64,000 nucleotides of DNA from an uncultured delta proteobacterium (GTDB taxonomy: Bacteria; Myxococcota; Myxococcia; SLRQ01): the NCBI GenBank assembly GCA_963727485.1, contig CAVSGM010000003.1, positions 448,001 through 512,000 on the forward strand, read 5' to 3'. This document shows, piece by piece, positions 31,301 through 44,049 of this stretch. The notes under the pieces are model-generated. The model searched no databases and was not told the DNA's origin. It saw only the letters and a program-made list of their open reading frames with translations. Positions within the stretch are counted from its first letter, which is position 1; each line of letters begins with the position of its first letter. A program made the translations under genes and the position numbers.

Positions 31301-33974
31301 CGGGACGGTAACGGTGGCGCCGCGGCTCATGGCGGTGGTGAGCCTGCCCTGGCGGGTAACCGGGGTGACGCCGCCGGCGGACGTGCTGGCCACCGTGGAG
31401 GTCGGCGGCTCGATCCTGGCGAAGACGGTGATCCACGTGATCCACCAGGTGGACACCACGCCGCCGGTGGTGACGGTCACCGGGGTCTCGGACGGCGAGG
31501 TCACCTCGAAGGACGTGACGCCGGGGATCACGGCCACGGATGCGAGCCCGTTCACCATGGCGGTGAGCCTCGACGGCCTCGCCTACACCCAGGGGACGGC
31601 CATCAAGACCGAGGGCGACCACCTGCTCGCCATCGTGGCCACCGACATCTACGGCAACCGGACGAAGCTGAACCTCGCGTTTTCCATCGACCACACGCCG
31701 CCCAAGGTGTCGCTCACGGGCGTCGCCGAGGGTGAGGTGACGAACTCACCGCAGGTGACGGTCACCGCGGACGCGAGCGACGTGCACCTGGCCTCGGCAC
31801 TGCTCAAGGTCGACGGCACCATCGCCGACTCGGTCACGGGCCTCGCGGGCAAGCCGTATCACCACGACCTGGCCCTCGCCGCCGAGGGGGACTACACGGT
31901 GTACCTCTCGGCTCGGGACGAGGCGCAGCTCGGGGCCGAGGTCACCCGGCACTTCGCCATCGACCGGACGCCGCCGGCGGTGTCGCTGACGGGGATCGCC
32001 GACGGCAAGGTGGTCAACGCGGCGTCGGTGACGGTGCATGCGACCGCGAGCGACCTCCACTTCGCGAGCGCGACCCTCGAGCTCGACGGCGCGGTCGCGG
32101 CCACGGGGACGGCGCCGGGCCCGTTTGCCCACGACGTCACCGAGACGGCGGAAGGGGACTACACGGTGGACCTCTCGGCGGCGGACGCGGCGGGGAACAC
32201 GGCGTCGGCGCATCTCGGGTACGCCATCGACCGGACGCCGCCGACGATCACCATCACCGGGATCCCGGCGCGGTACACGCCGCTGGACGTGACGCCGGAG
32301 GTGAAGGTCAGCGACGCGCACCTCGATCCCAAGAGCGTGGTCATCACGATGAACGGGGCGCCGTTCACCCCGGGGACCCTGCTGCACGATGAGGGCGACT
32401 ACCACCTGGCGGTCCAGGCGGCCGACCTCGCGGGGAACACGGCGACGGCGACGGCGGACTTCACCATCGACCGGACGCCGCCTTCAATCACCACCACCGG
32501 GGTCACCGAGGGCGAGCTGTCGATGAACGTGGTCACGCCGCAGGTCACGGTGACCGATCGGAACCTCGACCCGGCGGCGGTGTCGGTGACCCTGAACGGC
32601 GTGGCCTACGTGAGCGGGACGCCCATCGGGGCGGACGGGGTGTACGCGCTGGCGGTGCACGCGGCGGACCTCGCGGGGAACACGTCCCGCGCCGAGGTCC
32701 ACTTCGAGGTCTTCCAGGTCCACGTGACGCTCACCAGCGGGCCGCGGGTGGGCAACGCGCTCATCCTCAGCTCCTGTGGCCAGTGCTCGTGCCCGGCGCC
32801 GGCGGTGCTGGCCGGGGCCCTGAAGGACGCGGGGCTGCCCGGCACGGTGGTGGCCTCGGAGGGCCAGTGGCAGGGCGCGGTGCGCACGGGGCTCTATGAC
32901 GTGCTGGTGCTCTACCGCAGCGACGCCGGCGAGGACGACCTCGACGACGAGGTGGTGGAGCTGGTGCGCCAGGGCGTGGGCCTGGTGGTGGTCAGCGGGG
33001 ACCACGCCTGCGACGACGAGTCGCACCTCGCCGAGGCGCTGGGGTCGCGGACCCGGGGGAAGGTCCAGGGCGCCACGACGCTGGCGATCACCAAGAGCAA
33101 CCTGGGCCCGGCCGAGACCCTGGCCTTTGCGGGCGACGCCACGGCCCAGAAGCTCGACGGGGCCACGGCCGTGGGCACGGCGGGGGGCGAGGTGGTGCTC
33201 TCCACGAACACCCTGGGCGCGGGCAAGGTCGCCTATCTCACCTTCGACCCGGAGGCGGCGCCGTCGCCCGACGCGATGTCGGCGCTCCTGGGGCGGGTGC
33301 TCACCTGGGTCCGCCCGGGGAAGCTCCTCGACCGGGTGCCGGATCAGGGCGTGGTCCTGGACCACACGGTGGACAACACGGGCCCGGCCCGCGACTACAC
33401 CCTGACCCAGGGAATCCCCACGGGGACGGTGGTGCTCTCGGCGCCGAAGTCCTCGGCGCTGACCCCGGCGGTCACCTGGCCGCTCTCGCTGAAGCAGGGC
33501 GAGACGGCGCTGCGCTTCAGCGCCATGCGCCTCCCGGACGCGGCAGGCACCTCGGCATTCCCCACGGACCTCGACGTGGTCCACCCGGTGCGCGGGCCGC
33601 TGCCGGTGGGGCACTCGTTGACCAAGGTCACGGTGCCCGTGGACCTGGCGACGCTGACCCAGGCGGCCAAGGACGCGGTGGCGGCGCTGCCGGGGCAGTG
33701 CCACGACCACGACGCCGAGGCGGCGGAGCTGCTGGCGCACCTGGCGTCGTCGCCGTCGACGCGCGAGGAGGCGGCGGAGACCCTGGAGAAGCTGGTCCAC
33801 GCCGCCGAGGCGCTGGGCAAGCTGGGGGCGCAGGGCGCGGCGGCCCGGGACGCGGTGGACCGGCTCATCCGGGCCTGGGAGGCGCAGTGGAGCGCGCTCC
33901 CGCCGGACAAGGACGATCACGGTAAGGACGACGACGCGGCCTGCGAGACCAAGGGCGGAGAGGCACACGAATGA
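25356..33974 (+). CDS. Giant secreted protein (~2,870 aa when joined): prenyltransferase-like alpha/alpha repeats, multiple CARDB domains, FG-GAP propeller, Ig-like repeats (frameshifts near 26010 and 28310)
   Basis: Signal peptide ending ASA; GLDWLLAQQGPDGSFG and AQRNDGSWGG; repeated VVDPxxxxxExxxxNN; ADLTGDG, ADVNGDG, ADVDGNG; repeated IDRTPP and DLAGN units. Confidence 0.75.
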
Positions 33975-36900
33975 GTCGGCGAGACCTCGGGGACGGCCAG
34001 TGGAGCTTCGGCGGTGGGTACCGGGCGCGGCCCGAGGATGCGCTGCCGCCGCGGTACGGGTGGAAGCTGCGGCTGGTCAGCGCGCTGGTGCTGGTGCCCT
34101 CGGTGGCGCTCTTCGGCGGCGGGCCGGCGTACGCGCGGGAGGCGGTGCGGCGGAGGGCGTCGTGACCCGGGCCGACGCCATCGCGTCGCGCGGGCACTTC
34201 GACCGGAAGATCGATCCTGGACCCCAAGGGGTGGCGAGCGGACCGGGCGGCGAAGGCCGAGGCAAAGCGGAAGGCCGAGGTGGCCGACATGCGCAAGCGC
34301 CTGGGGCCCGACCCCAAGAAGCTGGCGGCGCTCCACGCGGAGGTGAAGGCGATCCGGGCGGCGGCGCCGGACCCGGCGCCGGCGGCGTTGGCCCGAGGGC
34401 TCGACGCGGTGGCGCGGATGGCGGCCCGGGGAAAGCGGCCCCCGGCGTCGATGGTGAAGGCGCTGGCGATGGTGGCCAAGGAGGCCCGGCAGACGGCGGG
34501 GCGGCACAGTGCGGTGCTGCGCGCGCACGTGGACCGGGCGGTGCGGAGCATCCGGGGCCTGCGGCGGCTCCACGGCCTGTCGCTCAAGCGTGCCGGGCAC
34601 GCGGATCGAGGCGACGACGCCGCGGGTGAAGCCGTCGACGGGGCCCAAGAGTCCCACCTTCCACCCCATCAAGCTGAAGCGCCCGCGGACGCTCCCCAAG
34701 CACGCGGCGCTCTCGCCGTCGCTGGAGGACCTCTACGCCCGGTCGTCGGGCGCCTGGGTCGAGGGGGCCTGGGGCACCATCCCGGCGACCGAGCTGGCGG
34801 CGGTGGGGAGCACGGACGAGCTGTGGCTCCAGAGCAACCCCAAGGGGGTCGAGCTGGCCATGGCCGGCGGGCCGCTCCCGGTGCTCTCGGGCCTGCCCAC
34901 CTTCGCCCTGGCGGCGCCCACGGCGGCGGACACCCAGCCGTCGGTGGCGGCTCAGGTCACGCCGGAGATCCAGGCGCTCGCCGACAGGCTGGGCCACGAC
35001 CCGCTCACCCTCTACAACTACGTCCACGACCACATCCGCACCACGCTGTACTACGGCTCGGCCAAGGGCGCGGACGGGACGCTCCAGGAGATGGCGGGGA
35101 ACGACGCGGACCAGGCGTCGCTGTTGGTGGCGCTCCTGCGCGCCAGCGGGGTCCCGGCGCGCTACGAGTACGCCAACGTCACCCTCACCGGTGAGCAGGT
35201 CCGCTCGATGCTCGGCTTCGAGACGGCGCAGGCAGCGGTGGATGCCCTGGCGTACGTGGGCTACCGGGTGAAGTACGAGGTGAAGCCGGTGGCCACCACG
35301 CTCCCGGACGGCACCCAGGTGACCCAGGAGCAGGTGGCCCTGGTGCACATGGAGCGGGTCTTCGTGCGCGCCTACGTGCCCTACGGGGACTACCGGGGCA
35401 CGGGGCCGGGTACCGGTCGGCACATCTGGGTACGACTGGATCCCGCGGTGAAGCGGACGGTGTCCCATCGCACCGCGAACCTCCGCGGACTCCACGACCT
35501 CGACCAGCAGGCCTACCTCTCGAAGCTGGAGACCGAGGAGCCGGAGCAGGTGTGGGAGGACGGGCTCCTGGCGGCGGCCAAGCAGAAGAACGTGTGCACC
35601 ACGCTGGCCAGCGGCCTGTGGGCGCCGACACCGGTGAAGGAGCACTTCCAGCTCCTGCCCGCCGAGCACCCGGGGCACGTGGACTCGACGCTGATGGTCT
35701 TCGACGCCATGCCCCAGTCGCTGCAGCAGCGGGTGACGGTGACGGTGCCGGGGGGGACGCGGACGGTGCCCGCGGTGGACCTCTACGGCCAGGCGCTGCA
35801 CCTGACGTTCCCGGGCGCCACGGCTGCGGACCGGACGGCCATCGGCGACGACATCACCAAGGTGAAGCCGTACCTGGTGCAGGTGAAGCCCACGGTGACC
35901 GTCGGCGGCACGACGTGGCTGACGGGCGACGCGACGACGCCGGGGACGGCCATGGACCTGGGCGTGACCCTGCGGCTCCCCGCGGGCGTCCTGGTACCGG
36001 TGCACCACCACCTCACGGCGGGTGGCGTCTTCGTGGTCCGGCTGTCCACGGGGACGATGCCCCTGGGCCGGGTGGCCGGCGCCGACAAGGCCCTCGAGAA
36101 GCTCGGCACCGCGGCTGGGCGGGACGCGAAGGACCTGGGCCGCCTGGATGCCGTGGTGACGCGCTACATCCACAACGTGGAGACGAGCGCCGAGCACGCC
36201 TACGGCCTGGAGCGGTACGCCACGGTCAAGGACATGGTGGAGGCGATGGGCGGCCGGCCGGTGCAGGCGCAGTACCTCTACGGCCTGCCGGTGAGCCTGA
36301 CGCGAGGGGCCTACACCCTGGACGTGGCGCGGGAGTCCTCGTCGCCGCTCGCCGTGGACGGCGACGCCTCCCAGCGGGTGAAGCTGGGCGAGCTCATCGG
36401 GCTCGAGGGCAGCGATCTGGAGCACCGGTCGATGGAGGAGGTCCTGGACGGTACGGCGGTCAGCGCGGTCCGGACCATCGAGCTGGCGTACAGCCAGGGT
36501 ATCCCAGTCGAGACCATCACCAGCGCCGATGCGGCGAACATCGGAAGCCTGGTGGGGTACGACGACGGGACGCTGGCGGAGATGCGGAACGGGGTCGCGG
36601 CCGGCGAGACGCTGACGGCACCGGCGCGCACGGTGGACTACGGGGGGTTCACGGGGATCGAGGGGTACACGCTGGTGGACCCGCAGACGGGTGACGGGCT
36701 GTACCGGCTGGGGGCGAGCCTGAATGGGGCCAAGAGCAAGCCGGGCGCCCGGCAAGGAACCGGCGGGGCCTGCCAGTGCGGTGGGGGCGCCCCCGACGTG
36801 CCCGGGCCCAGCACGGGGCGCTTGAGCAACGGCGACATGACCGAGGCGCGCACGGACCTGCAGCTCCCGGCCGTCGGCATCCCCATCGTGCTCTCGCGCA

Positions 36901-39900
36901 CCTACCGGAGCGGCTCACCCACAGGCACCGCCATGGGCACCAAGTGGGGCTTCAGCTACGGGATGCGGATCGAGGCCAGCCCCGATGGGTCGCTGACGTA
37001 CTACACGGGCTCCCTGCAGGCGCTGCCGTTCACCAAGGCGGGCACCGGGAGCTGGAGCCCGCCGCCGGGGTGGCACCAGACCATCACGACGACGGCGAGC
37101 GGTGGGTACGCCATGCGGTTCAAGCATGGCAACGTCTTCACCTTTGACGACACTGGGCGGCTGGTCTCGGAGGCGGACGCCAACGGGAACACGGTCACCC
37201 TCCAGTACGATGCCACCGGCCAGCTGCACACGGTCACCGACGCGACAGGCCGCGTGGTGCTCACCTTCGGCTTCGACCAGGCTGGTCTCATCGCCTCGGT
37301 GACCGACGTCGCGGGCCGTACCGTCACCTTCGGGCACACCGGAACCGACCTCACCTCGGCGACTGACGTCCTGGGTCACACCGAGACCTACGGCTACGAC
37401 ACCCGGCACCTGATGACGAGCCATACCAGCAAGCTGGGGGCGACGGTCGCCGAGCTCTACGACGCGGACGGCTGGTGGAACGGCTGGGTGGATGCGCTCG
37501 GGGACCGGGGCCAGGTGATCTACGACGTGCCGGCGCACCAGGCGGTGAGCATCGACCCCCTGGGCAACGAGACGGTCTACCAGTGGAACGACCTGGGGAG
37601 CACCGTGAAGGTCATCGCCGCCGACGGAGAGGTGACCACCAACACCTGGGACGCCGACCGGAACAAGCTCTCGACCACGGACAGCCGGGGCAACACCACG
37701 GCGTACACCTACGACACCAAGGGCAACATGCTCACCCGGACCGACGCGCTGGGCGAGAAGACGCGCTACACTTACGACCCGATCTTCAGCCAGCTGAAGA
37801 CCCGGCGGAGCCCCGACGGGTCCTACGAGCTGAACCAGTACGACACCGCGGGGAATCTCATCTCCTCGAGGGACCCCCAGGGCAACACCACGACCTACAC
37901 CTACGACGGTACGGGGCAGCTCGAGACCGTGACCCAGCCGGGCGGGGCGATCACGACGCTGGGGTACAACGGCACTGGCAACGTCACCACGATGACCGAC
38001 GCCACCGGGGCGACCACGACGCTGGGCTACGACGGCGCCGGGCACATGACCAAGATGACCGACGCCAACGGCCACGCGCGGACCATGGCCGTCGACGCCG
38101 CGGGGCGCATCACCTCGATGACCGACGCCCTGGGCCACACCTCGAGCTTCACCTACGACGCCGCGGGGAACCGGCTGACCTCGACCGACGCGACGGGTGC
38201 CACCTCGAGCTACACCTACGACGTGCTGGGGCGAGAGATCGCCACCAAGGACGCCTTGGGCCACACGACCCACACGGAGTACGATGCAGACGGCCGGGTG
38301 GAGGCGACGGTGGACGCGCGGGGCGCCCGGACGGAGAGGACCTACGACGCCGTGGGACGTCTCATCGCGACGAAGATGGCCGACGGGGGCACCACCGGCT
38401 ACGCCTACTGCGCGGACGAGCCGGGCTCGGCGCCGTGCGAGGTCGTGGACCCCATGGGCCGGGTCACCACCATGAAGCACGACGCCCTGGGTCGCCAGAG
38501 CTCGGTCACCGACGCCCTGGGTGACACGACCACCACCGCCTACGACAAGATGGGCCGGCGCTCGGCGGTCACCGACCCCAACGGGCACACCTCCAGGTAC
38601 ACCTACGACTACGACGGCCGGCTCCGCCAGGTGATGAGCCCGCTGTCGAGCTTCACCGCCCAGGTCACGTACGCCTACGACGCCCGCGGCAACCGCACCA
38701 AGGTCACCGACGGCCTCGGCCACGCGACGACGTTCACCTACGACATGGCGAACCACCTGCTCACCGAGACCACGCCCATCGGGACCACGACCAGCTACAC
38801 CTACGACCCCACGGGCAACCGGGCGACCCGGACCGACGCCTCGAGCCGGACGACGACCTACACCTACGACCCGAACCACGAGCTGCTGGAGAAGCACTTC
38901 GCCGACGGGGTGGTGCATCGGTTCCAGTACGACAGCCGGGGCAACCGGACCTACGAGGCGGACCCGGCGGTGGCGAGGACGCGGGTCTACGACGCGATCA
39001 GCCGGCTGGCATCGGTGACCGACCACGCGCTGAACAAGACCATCGACTACCGCTACGACGCCAACGGGAACCGGACGAGGCTGACCTGGGACGGGAAGGA
39101 GATCCGGTACCAGTACGACCAGCTGAACCGGCTGGTGGAGGTGGTGGACCCCGAGGGCGGCATCGCGCGGCTGACCTACGACCGGTCGGGGAAGCGGACG
39201 AGCCTCACGTACGCCAACGGGATCCTGGCGAGCTACCGGTACGACGGGGCGGGGCGGCTCACGGACATCGTGTACACGAGGCCCGACGGGATGGTGGTGG
39301 AGAGCTTCCACTACGACCTGGACCGGGCGGGGAACCGGCTGACCAAGGGCTTCGCGGACGGGACGCGGGAGGTGTACACGTACGACGCGGCGAACCGGCT
39401 GACCGGGGTGACCTACGGCGACGGGCGGCACGTGGCGTACAGCCTGGACCTGGTGGGCAACCGGCAGGCGCTGCGGGAGACCAACCCGGACGGCTCGGTG
39501 GCCCGGGACGAGACCTACCGGTACAACGCGTTCAACCAGCTGACGACGCGGACGATCTCGACCGGGTACCCGAACCGCACGGTGGAGACCTACGGGTACG
39601 ACCCCCAGGGGGCGATGACGAGCAAGGTGGCGCAAATCACGACCAGCGCCGGTACCACAACCGAGACGACTAGCTACACCTACAACACGAATCATCGACT
39701 AGCTGACGTCAGCCTGCCAACTGGAGCGAATGAGACATACGCATACGACCCGGACGGGCTTCGTGTGGAAAGCGTTGTCGCGGGTAACACAAGGCTAGAC
39801 TTGGCTACCGGAGCAAGCCCTCTCGCCGTCTTCGACGCCAGAGGGCGGCTTGTTCGCACATACACTACAAGTCCGATCAAAGTCGATAGCCTCTACTCGA

Positions 39901-40706
39901 TGTCGGACTCGTCCGGCACCGCATATCCGGTCGTTGATGCGCTCGGTTCGGCTTACAGATTTCTTGGGCCGGACGGGCGAACCATAGCCAAGGTTGCCTA
40001 CAGAGCCTTCGGCGGCTTGGCGACGACGGCAGTCCCCGCGAGAGGCGTCCCAGCATACGTCGGCCGCCCGTACGCTGCGCAGTCGACATTGGTGTACATG
40101 CGAAAGAGGTATCTTCGCACGGCGACCGGACGATGGAATAGGCCTGACCCAGCAAGGCGTGTTGGGCTGCCAAATAGGCTTGGGTCGGCCTGGAATGTGT
40201 ACGCATATGTCCTTGAGCGGCCGACTGGCCTCGTTGATCCGTTTGGCCTGAGGGCGGACCTGTCAGGCGCGGACTGGGCGGACAGACCAATCCAGCGAGC
40301 AAGGGTGCTTCATTTGTATGCGTTGCTAGATGGGATCCCTGCAGTTCATGCGTGGTTCGCGAAATGGGGACGTCCAGATCCCTTCATGAGCGTTCAGAAG
40401 TTCAATACGCAGGATATGCTAACATTTCAGACCATAATGTTCTATCTATCCAGCAAGGACTTCAGAAATGGCGACATGCTGGCAAACACAAATCCCTTCA
40501 CGGGCGAGATAACCATTACGGATGCTGGTCTTGCTCTCGGGGACCGCCGCCTTGCGGACAACATCATGCATGAGCTCAACAATTGGTCCTTTGTTGTGGA
40601 GTTCAGGTGGCCACACGACGCCACAGATTCAGGCGATGACAACTCGTACAACGCAGAGAACCCTGTGGATGAGTTCTTCTTCCATGGAGGAGGTGTCTGC
40701 CAGTGA
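33971..40706 (+). CDS. rhs: Rhs polymorphic toxin: signal-like N-terminus, transglutaminase-like domain, DUF6531-like region, YD repeats, Rhs core and CT (frameshifts near 34150, 34220 and 34590)
   Basis: ATGA overlap with the upstream gene; GNDADQASLLVALLRASGVPARY; TDLQLPAVGIPIVLSRTY...GTKWGFSY; many YD repeats; GRWNRPDP...YAYVLERPTGLVDPFGL. Confidence 0.88.
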
Positions 40707-41044
40707 GGAGCCCCCACGGTCTGCTGCCATCGCGGCGGTCGCCTTCGTTTGGAGCACGGGTTGCTGCTTTGTCGAGCGTGGCGTTTTCGGGCTGGTCAAT
40801 ATGGTGCAGTCGCCTGGTCACGTCCATTCATGCTGCAGAGAGTAGAATCTGGCACACGTGTCCGTCGGCCCTGAGGGGAGCTCCTGCTGGCGGTGTATTC
40901 TCCACAGTGGAGGCACTTAGGTTTCTGTCTCTCTTTGGCCTCGCCTTTGCGGGGATGGCTCTCACTGGCCGCCCACGGTGGATCGGGGCGACCGCCCTGC
41001 TGTTTGCGGTGGCGTCGGTTCTTGCGTCCTTCGTCATCCAGTGA
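40703..41044 (+). CDS. Putative membrane immunity protein for the main Rhs CT
   Basis: GTGA overlap with the toxin stop; small, about 3 hydrophobic segments, lower GC. Confidence 0.65.
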   Translation: MRSPHGLLPSRRSPSFGARVAALSSVAFSGWSIWCSRLVTSIHAAESRIWHTCPSALRGAPAGGVFSTVEALRFLSLFGLAFAGMALTGRPRWIGATALLFAVASVLASFVIQ

Positions 41045-41179
41045 GCGGTGCTCCCACGTCTCACGGTGGGTTCGCATCCAGCGGTATGTGGACGAGCAGA
41101 TGCACCTTGGCGGGATAGGGAAGGTGTTCGATCGTTCCTCGCCCGGCGAGGCGGCGCCATAGCAGACATGGCGCATTGG

Positions 41180-43678
41180 CACGGAGTACGATGGGGACGG
41201 CCGGGTGGCGGCGACGGTGGACGCGCGGGGCGCCCGGACGGAGAGGACCTACGACGCCGTGGGACGTCTCATCGCGACGAAGATGGCCGACGGGGGCACC
41301 ACCGGGTACGCGTACTGCGCCGACGAGCCGGGCTCGGCGCCGTGCGAGGTCGTGGACCCCATGGGCCGGGTCACCAAGATGACCTACGACGCCCTGGGCC
41401 GCCAGAGCTCGGTCACCGACGCCCTGGGCGACACGAGCACCACCACCTACGACAACATGGGCCGGCGCTCCGCGGTCACCGGCCCCAACGGCCACACCAC
41501 CCGGTACACCTACGACCACGACGGCCGGCTGCACCAGGTGATGAGCCCGCTGTCGAGCTTCACCGCCCAGGTCACCTACGGCTACGACGCCCGCGGCAAC
41601 CGCACCAAGGTCACCGACGGCCTCGGCCACGCGACGACGTTCACCTACGACCTGGCGAACCACCTGCTGACCGAGACCACGCCCATCGGGACCACGACGA
41701 GCTACACCTACGACCCCACGGGCAACCGGGCGACCCGGACCGACGCCTCGAGCCGGACGACGACCTACACCTACGACCCGAACCACGAGCTCCTGGAGAA
41801 GCACTTCGCCGACGGGGTGGTGCACCGGTTCCAGTACGACAGCCGGGGCAACCGGACCTACGAGGAGGACCCGGCGGTGGCGAGGACGCGGGTCTACGAC
41901 GCCATCAGCCGGCTGAAGTCGGTGACCGACCACGCGCTGAACAAGACCATCGACTACCGCTACGACGCCAACGGGAACCGGACGAGACTGACCTGGGACG
42001 GGAAGGTGATCCGGTACCAGTACGACCAGATGAACCGGCTGGTGGAGGTGGTGGACCCGGAGGGCGGCATCGCGCGGCTGACCTACGACCGGTCGGGGAA
42101 GCGGACGAGCCTCACCTACGCGAACGGGATCGTGGCGAGCTACCGGTACGACGGGGCGGGGCGGCTCACGGACATCGTGTACACGAAGCCCGACGGGATG
42201 GTGGTGGAGAGCTTCCACTACGACCTGGACCGAGCGGGGAACCGGCTGACCAAGGGCTTCGCGGACGGGACGCGGGAGGTGTACACGTACGACGCGGCGA
42301 ACCGGCTGACCGGGGTGACCTACGGGGACGGGCGGCACGTGGACTACAGCCTGGACCTGGTGGGCAACCGGCAGGCGCTACGGGAGACCAACCCGGACGG
42401 CTCGGTGGCCCGGGACGAGACCTACCGGTACAACGCGTTCAACCAGCTGACGACGCGGACGATCTCGACCGGGTACCCGAACCGGACGGTCGAGACGTAC
42501 AGGTACGATCCGCAGGGCGCGATGACCAGCAAGGTGGCCCAGGTCACCACCAGCGCGGGCGCCACGGCAGAGACGACGACGTACACGTACAATACGAGTG
42601 AGCGGCTCGCGGCCGTCAATCTGCCTAGCGGAACAACTGACGCCTACGAGTATGACCCCGACGGGCTTCGCGTCGAGGAGTCAAAGGGGGCTCGTGTCAC
42701 AAGATACCTGCTGGACCGGTGGTCTGCGCTTGCGCTGTACTCAGCAGACGGTACTCCCGATGGACAGCAGATTGAGAATCCTACGGTTCCAGATGAACGC
42801 TTCAAGATCAGCGACGCCGGAGGAGGGGCCTATCCCTTGGTCGACGCGCTTGGGAGTCTGTATGGGTTGACCACGGCGACACGAACGGTTGAGCAACAGT
42901 TCAGCTACGATGTCTACGGGAGACAGACCCCGAACCTCCCAAACGCTCATTTGGCATTTGGCTTCCAGGGAAGACCAACGACTTCTGGTGCTCTCGCCTA
43001 CTTTAGAGACCGGTACCTCCAAGTGGATACGGCCATGTGGAATCGGCCAGACCGAACGCTCTGGGGTAGGGCTATGGGATCTCTAGTTGGAGAGTTGTAT
43101 CCGCATGAATTCACGATTCTGGATCTTGTCCACATGTCTGGAGCTGATCGTTATGGGGTCATGAGACATAATCCAGTTGCGATTTTGGATCCCTCAGGGA
43201 CTTGCCTGTCCTGAAATTCGGCCCTGACGCGATCGACCACGTGGTGGCCTCGCTGGGTCTGAACTTCGCTCTGTTTGGTCTAATCCAGGGCTTGGCTACT
43301 TCTCTAGGGGGAGGTGGCTGGGCGTTCGCGCAGACCGTCGGAGCGAAGACAGCGGCGATTGTCGCCTCTACAGCCCTCTTTACGGCCATTGCGGGGGTCC
43401 TTGTTGAGCACTTCCCGGGGAACACCTTCGACTGGGCGGACATTGCGTCGGATATGGTTGGAGTCGTGGTGGGGACCGTGCTGCTGGCTTTCCTTGCACT
43501 CATCACGCCCGTGGCATCTGTCCAGGTAGCGGCCATCCTTATGGCTCTTGGAGACTTTGGAGTCGGCTTGGCCCTCTGGATGCGACACAGACGGGTGGAG
43601 CTTCATGAGCACGGGCATGTTCTTCTTAGGGTTGATTTCAGCAAGGTCCTGTCCTGCGGGCAGGGGTTGGGCGAGTGA
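41180..43678 (+). pseudogene. Orphan rhs cassette 1 with a hydrophobic CT (frameshift near 43200, just after DPSG)
   Basis: Near-identical to the main gene from 38273 onward; HNPVAILDPSG; CT continues in ORF 43202..43678. Confidence 0.8.
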
Positions 43679-43725
43679 GGTTACCGGTGTCCCGTGATTA
43701 GAAGTTCCAGACAGTCGTCATTGCT

Positions 43726-43992
43726 TTGTCCGCGGCTGCATGGATGTGGGTCATTGCCCTTTTCCATGTGGCAAGCACTGTTTGGCGAGTTGGCTTGGCC
43801 GCATATCTTTTTGGCGACGTCCTTGTGCTTGCTCTGGCACTCGGCAGGGAGTGGCCTGATGGCCCGCCGGGCGAAGAAGCCAAGCCCCCTCGCCTTCTAA
43901 CTCTCCTGTCCCTTGTGGGCTTTGCTCTGGCCGCGGTCATCGTCCTGGGGCTTGTGGTCCAGTGGCATATGCCTGGACTCCTGTCCGGCTAG
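43726..43992 (+). CDS. Putative membrane immunity protein for the orphan 1 CT (true start may be near 43694)
   Basis: About 3 TM segments; directly after the CT. Confidence 0.6.
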   Translation: MSAAAWMWVIALFHVASTVWRVGLAAYLFGDVLVLALALGREWPDGPPGEEAKPPRLLTLLSLVGFALAAVIVLGLVVQWHMPGLLSG

Positions 43993-44049
43993 CGCCGGGA
44001 GTTGCCTGGCACTCTGGGTGCGACGTGGATCCTGGGCCCGTTCCGCCTT

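Noticed and set aside
43206..43214. TGA after DPSGTCLS as selenocysteine
   Set aside because: No redox-motif context, and the plausible CT lies in a different frame, which points to an indel.
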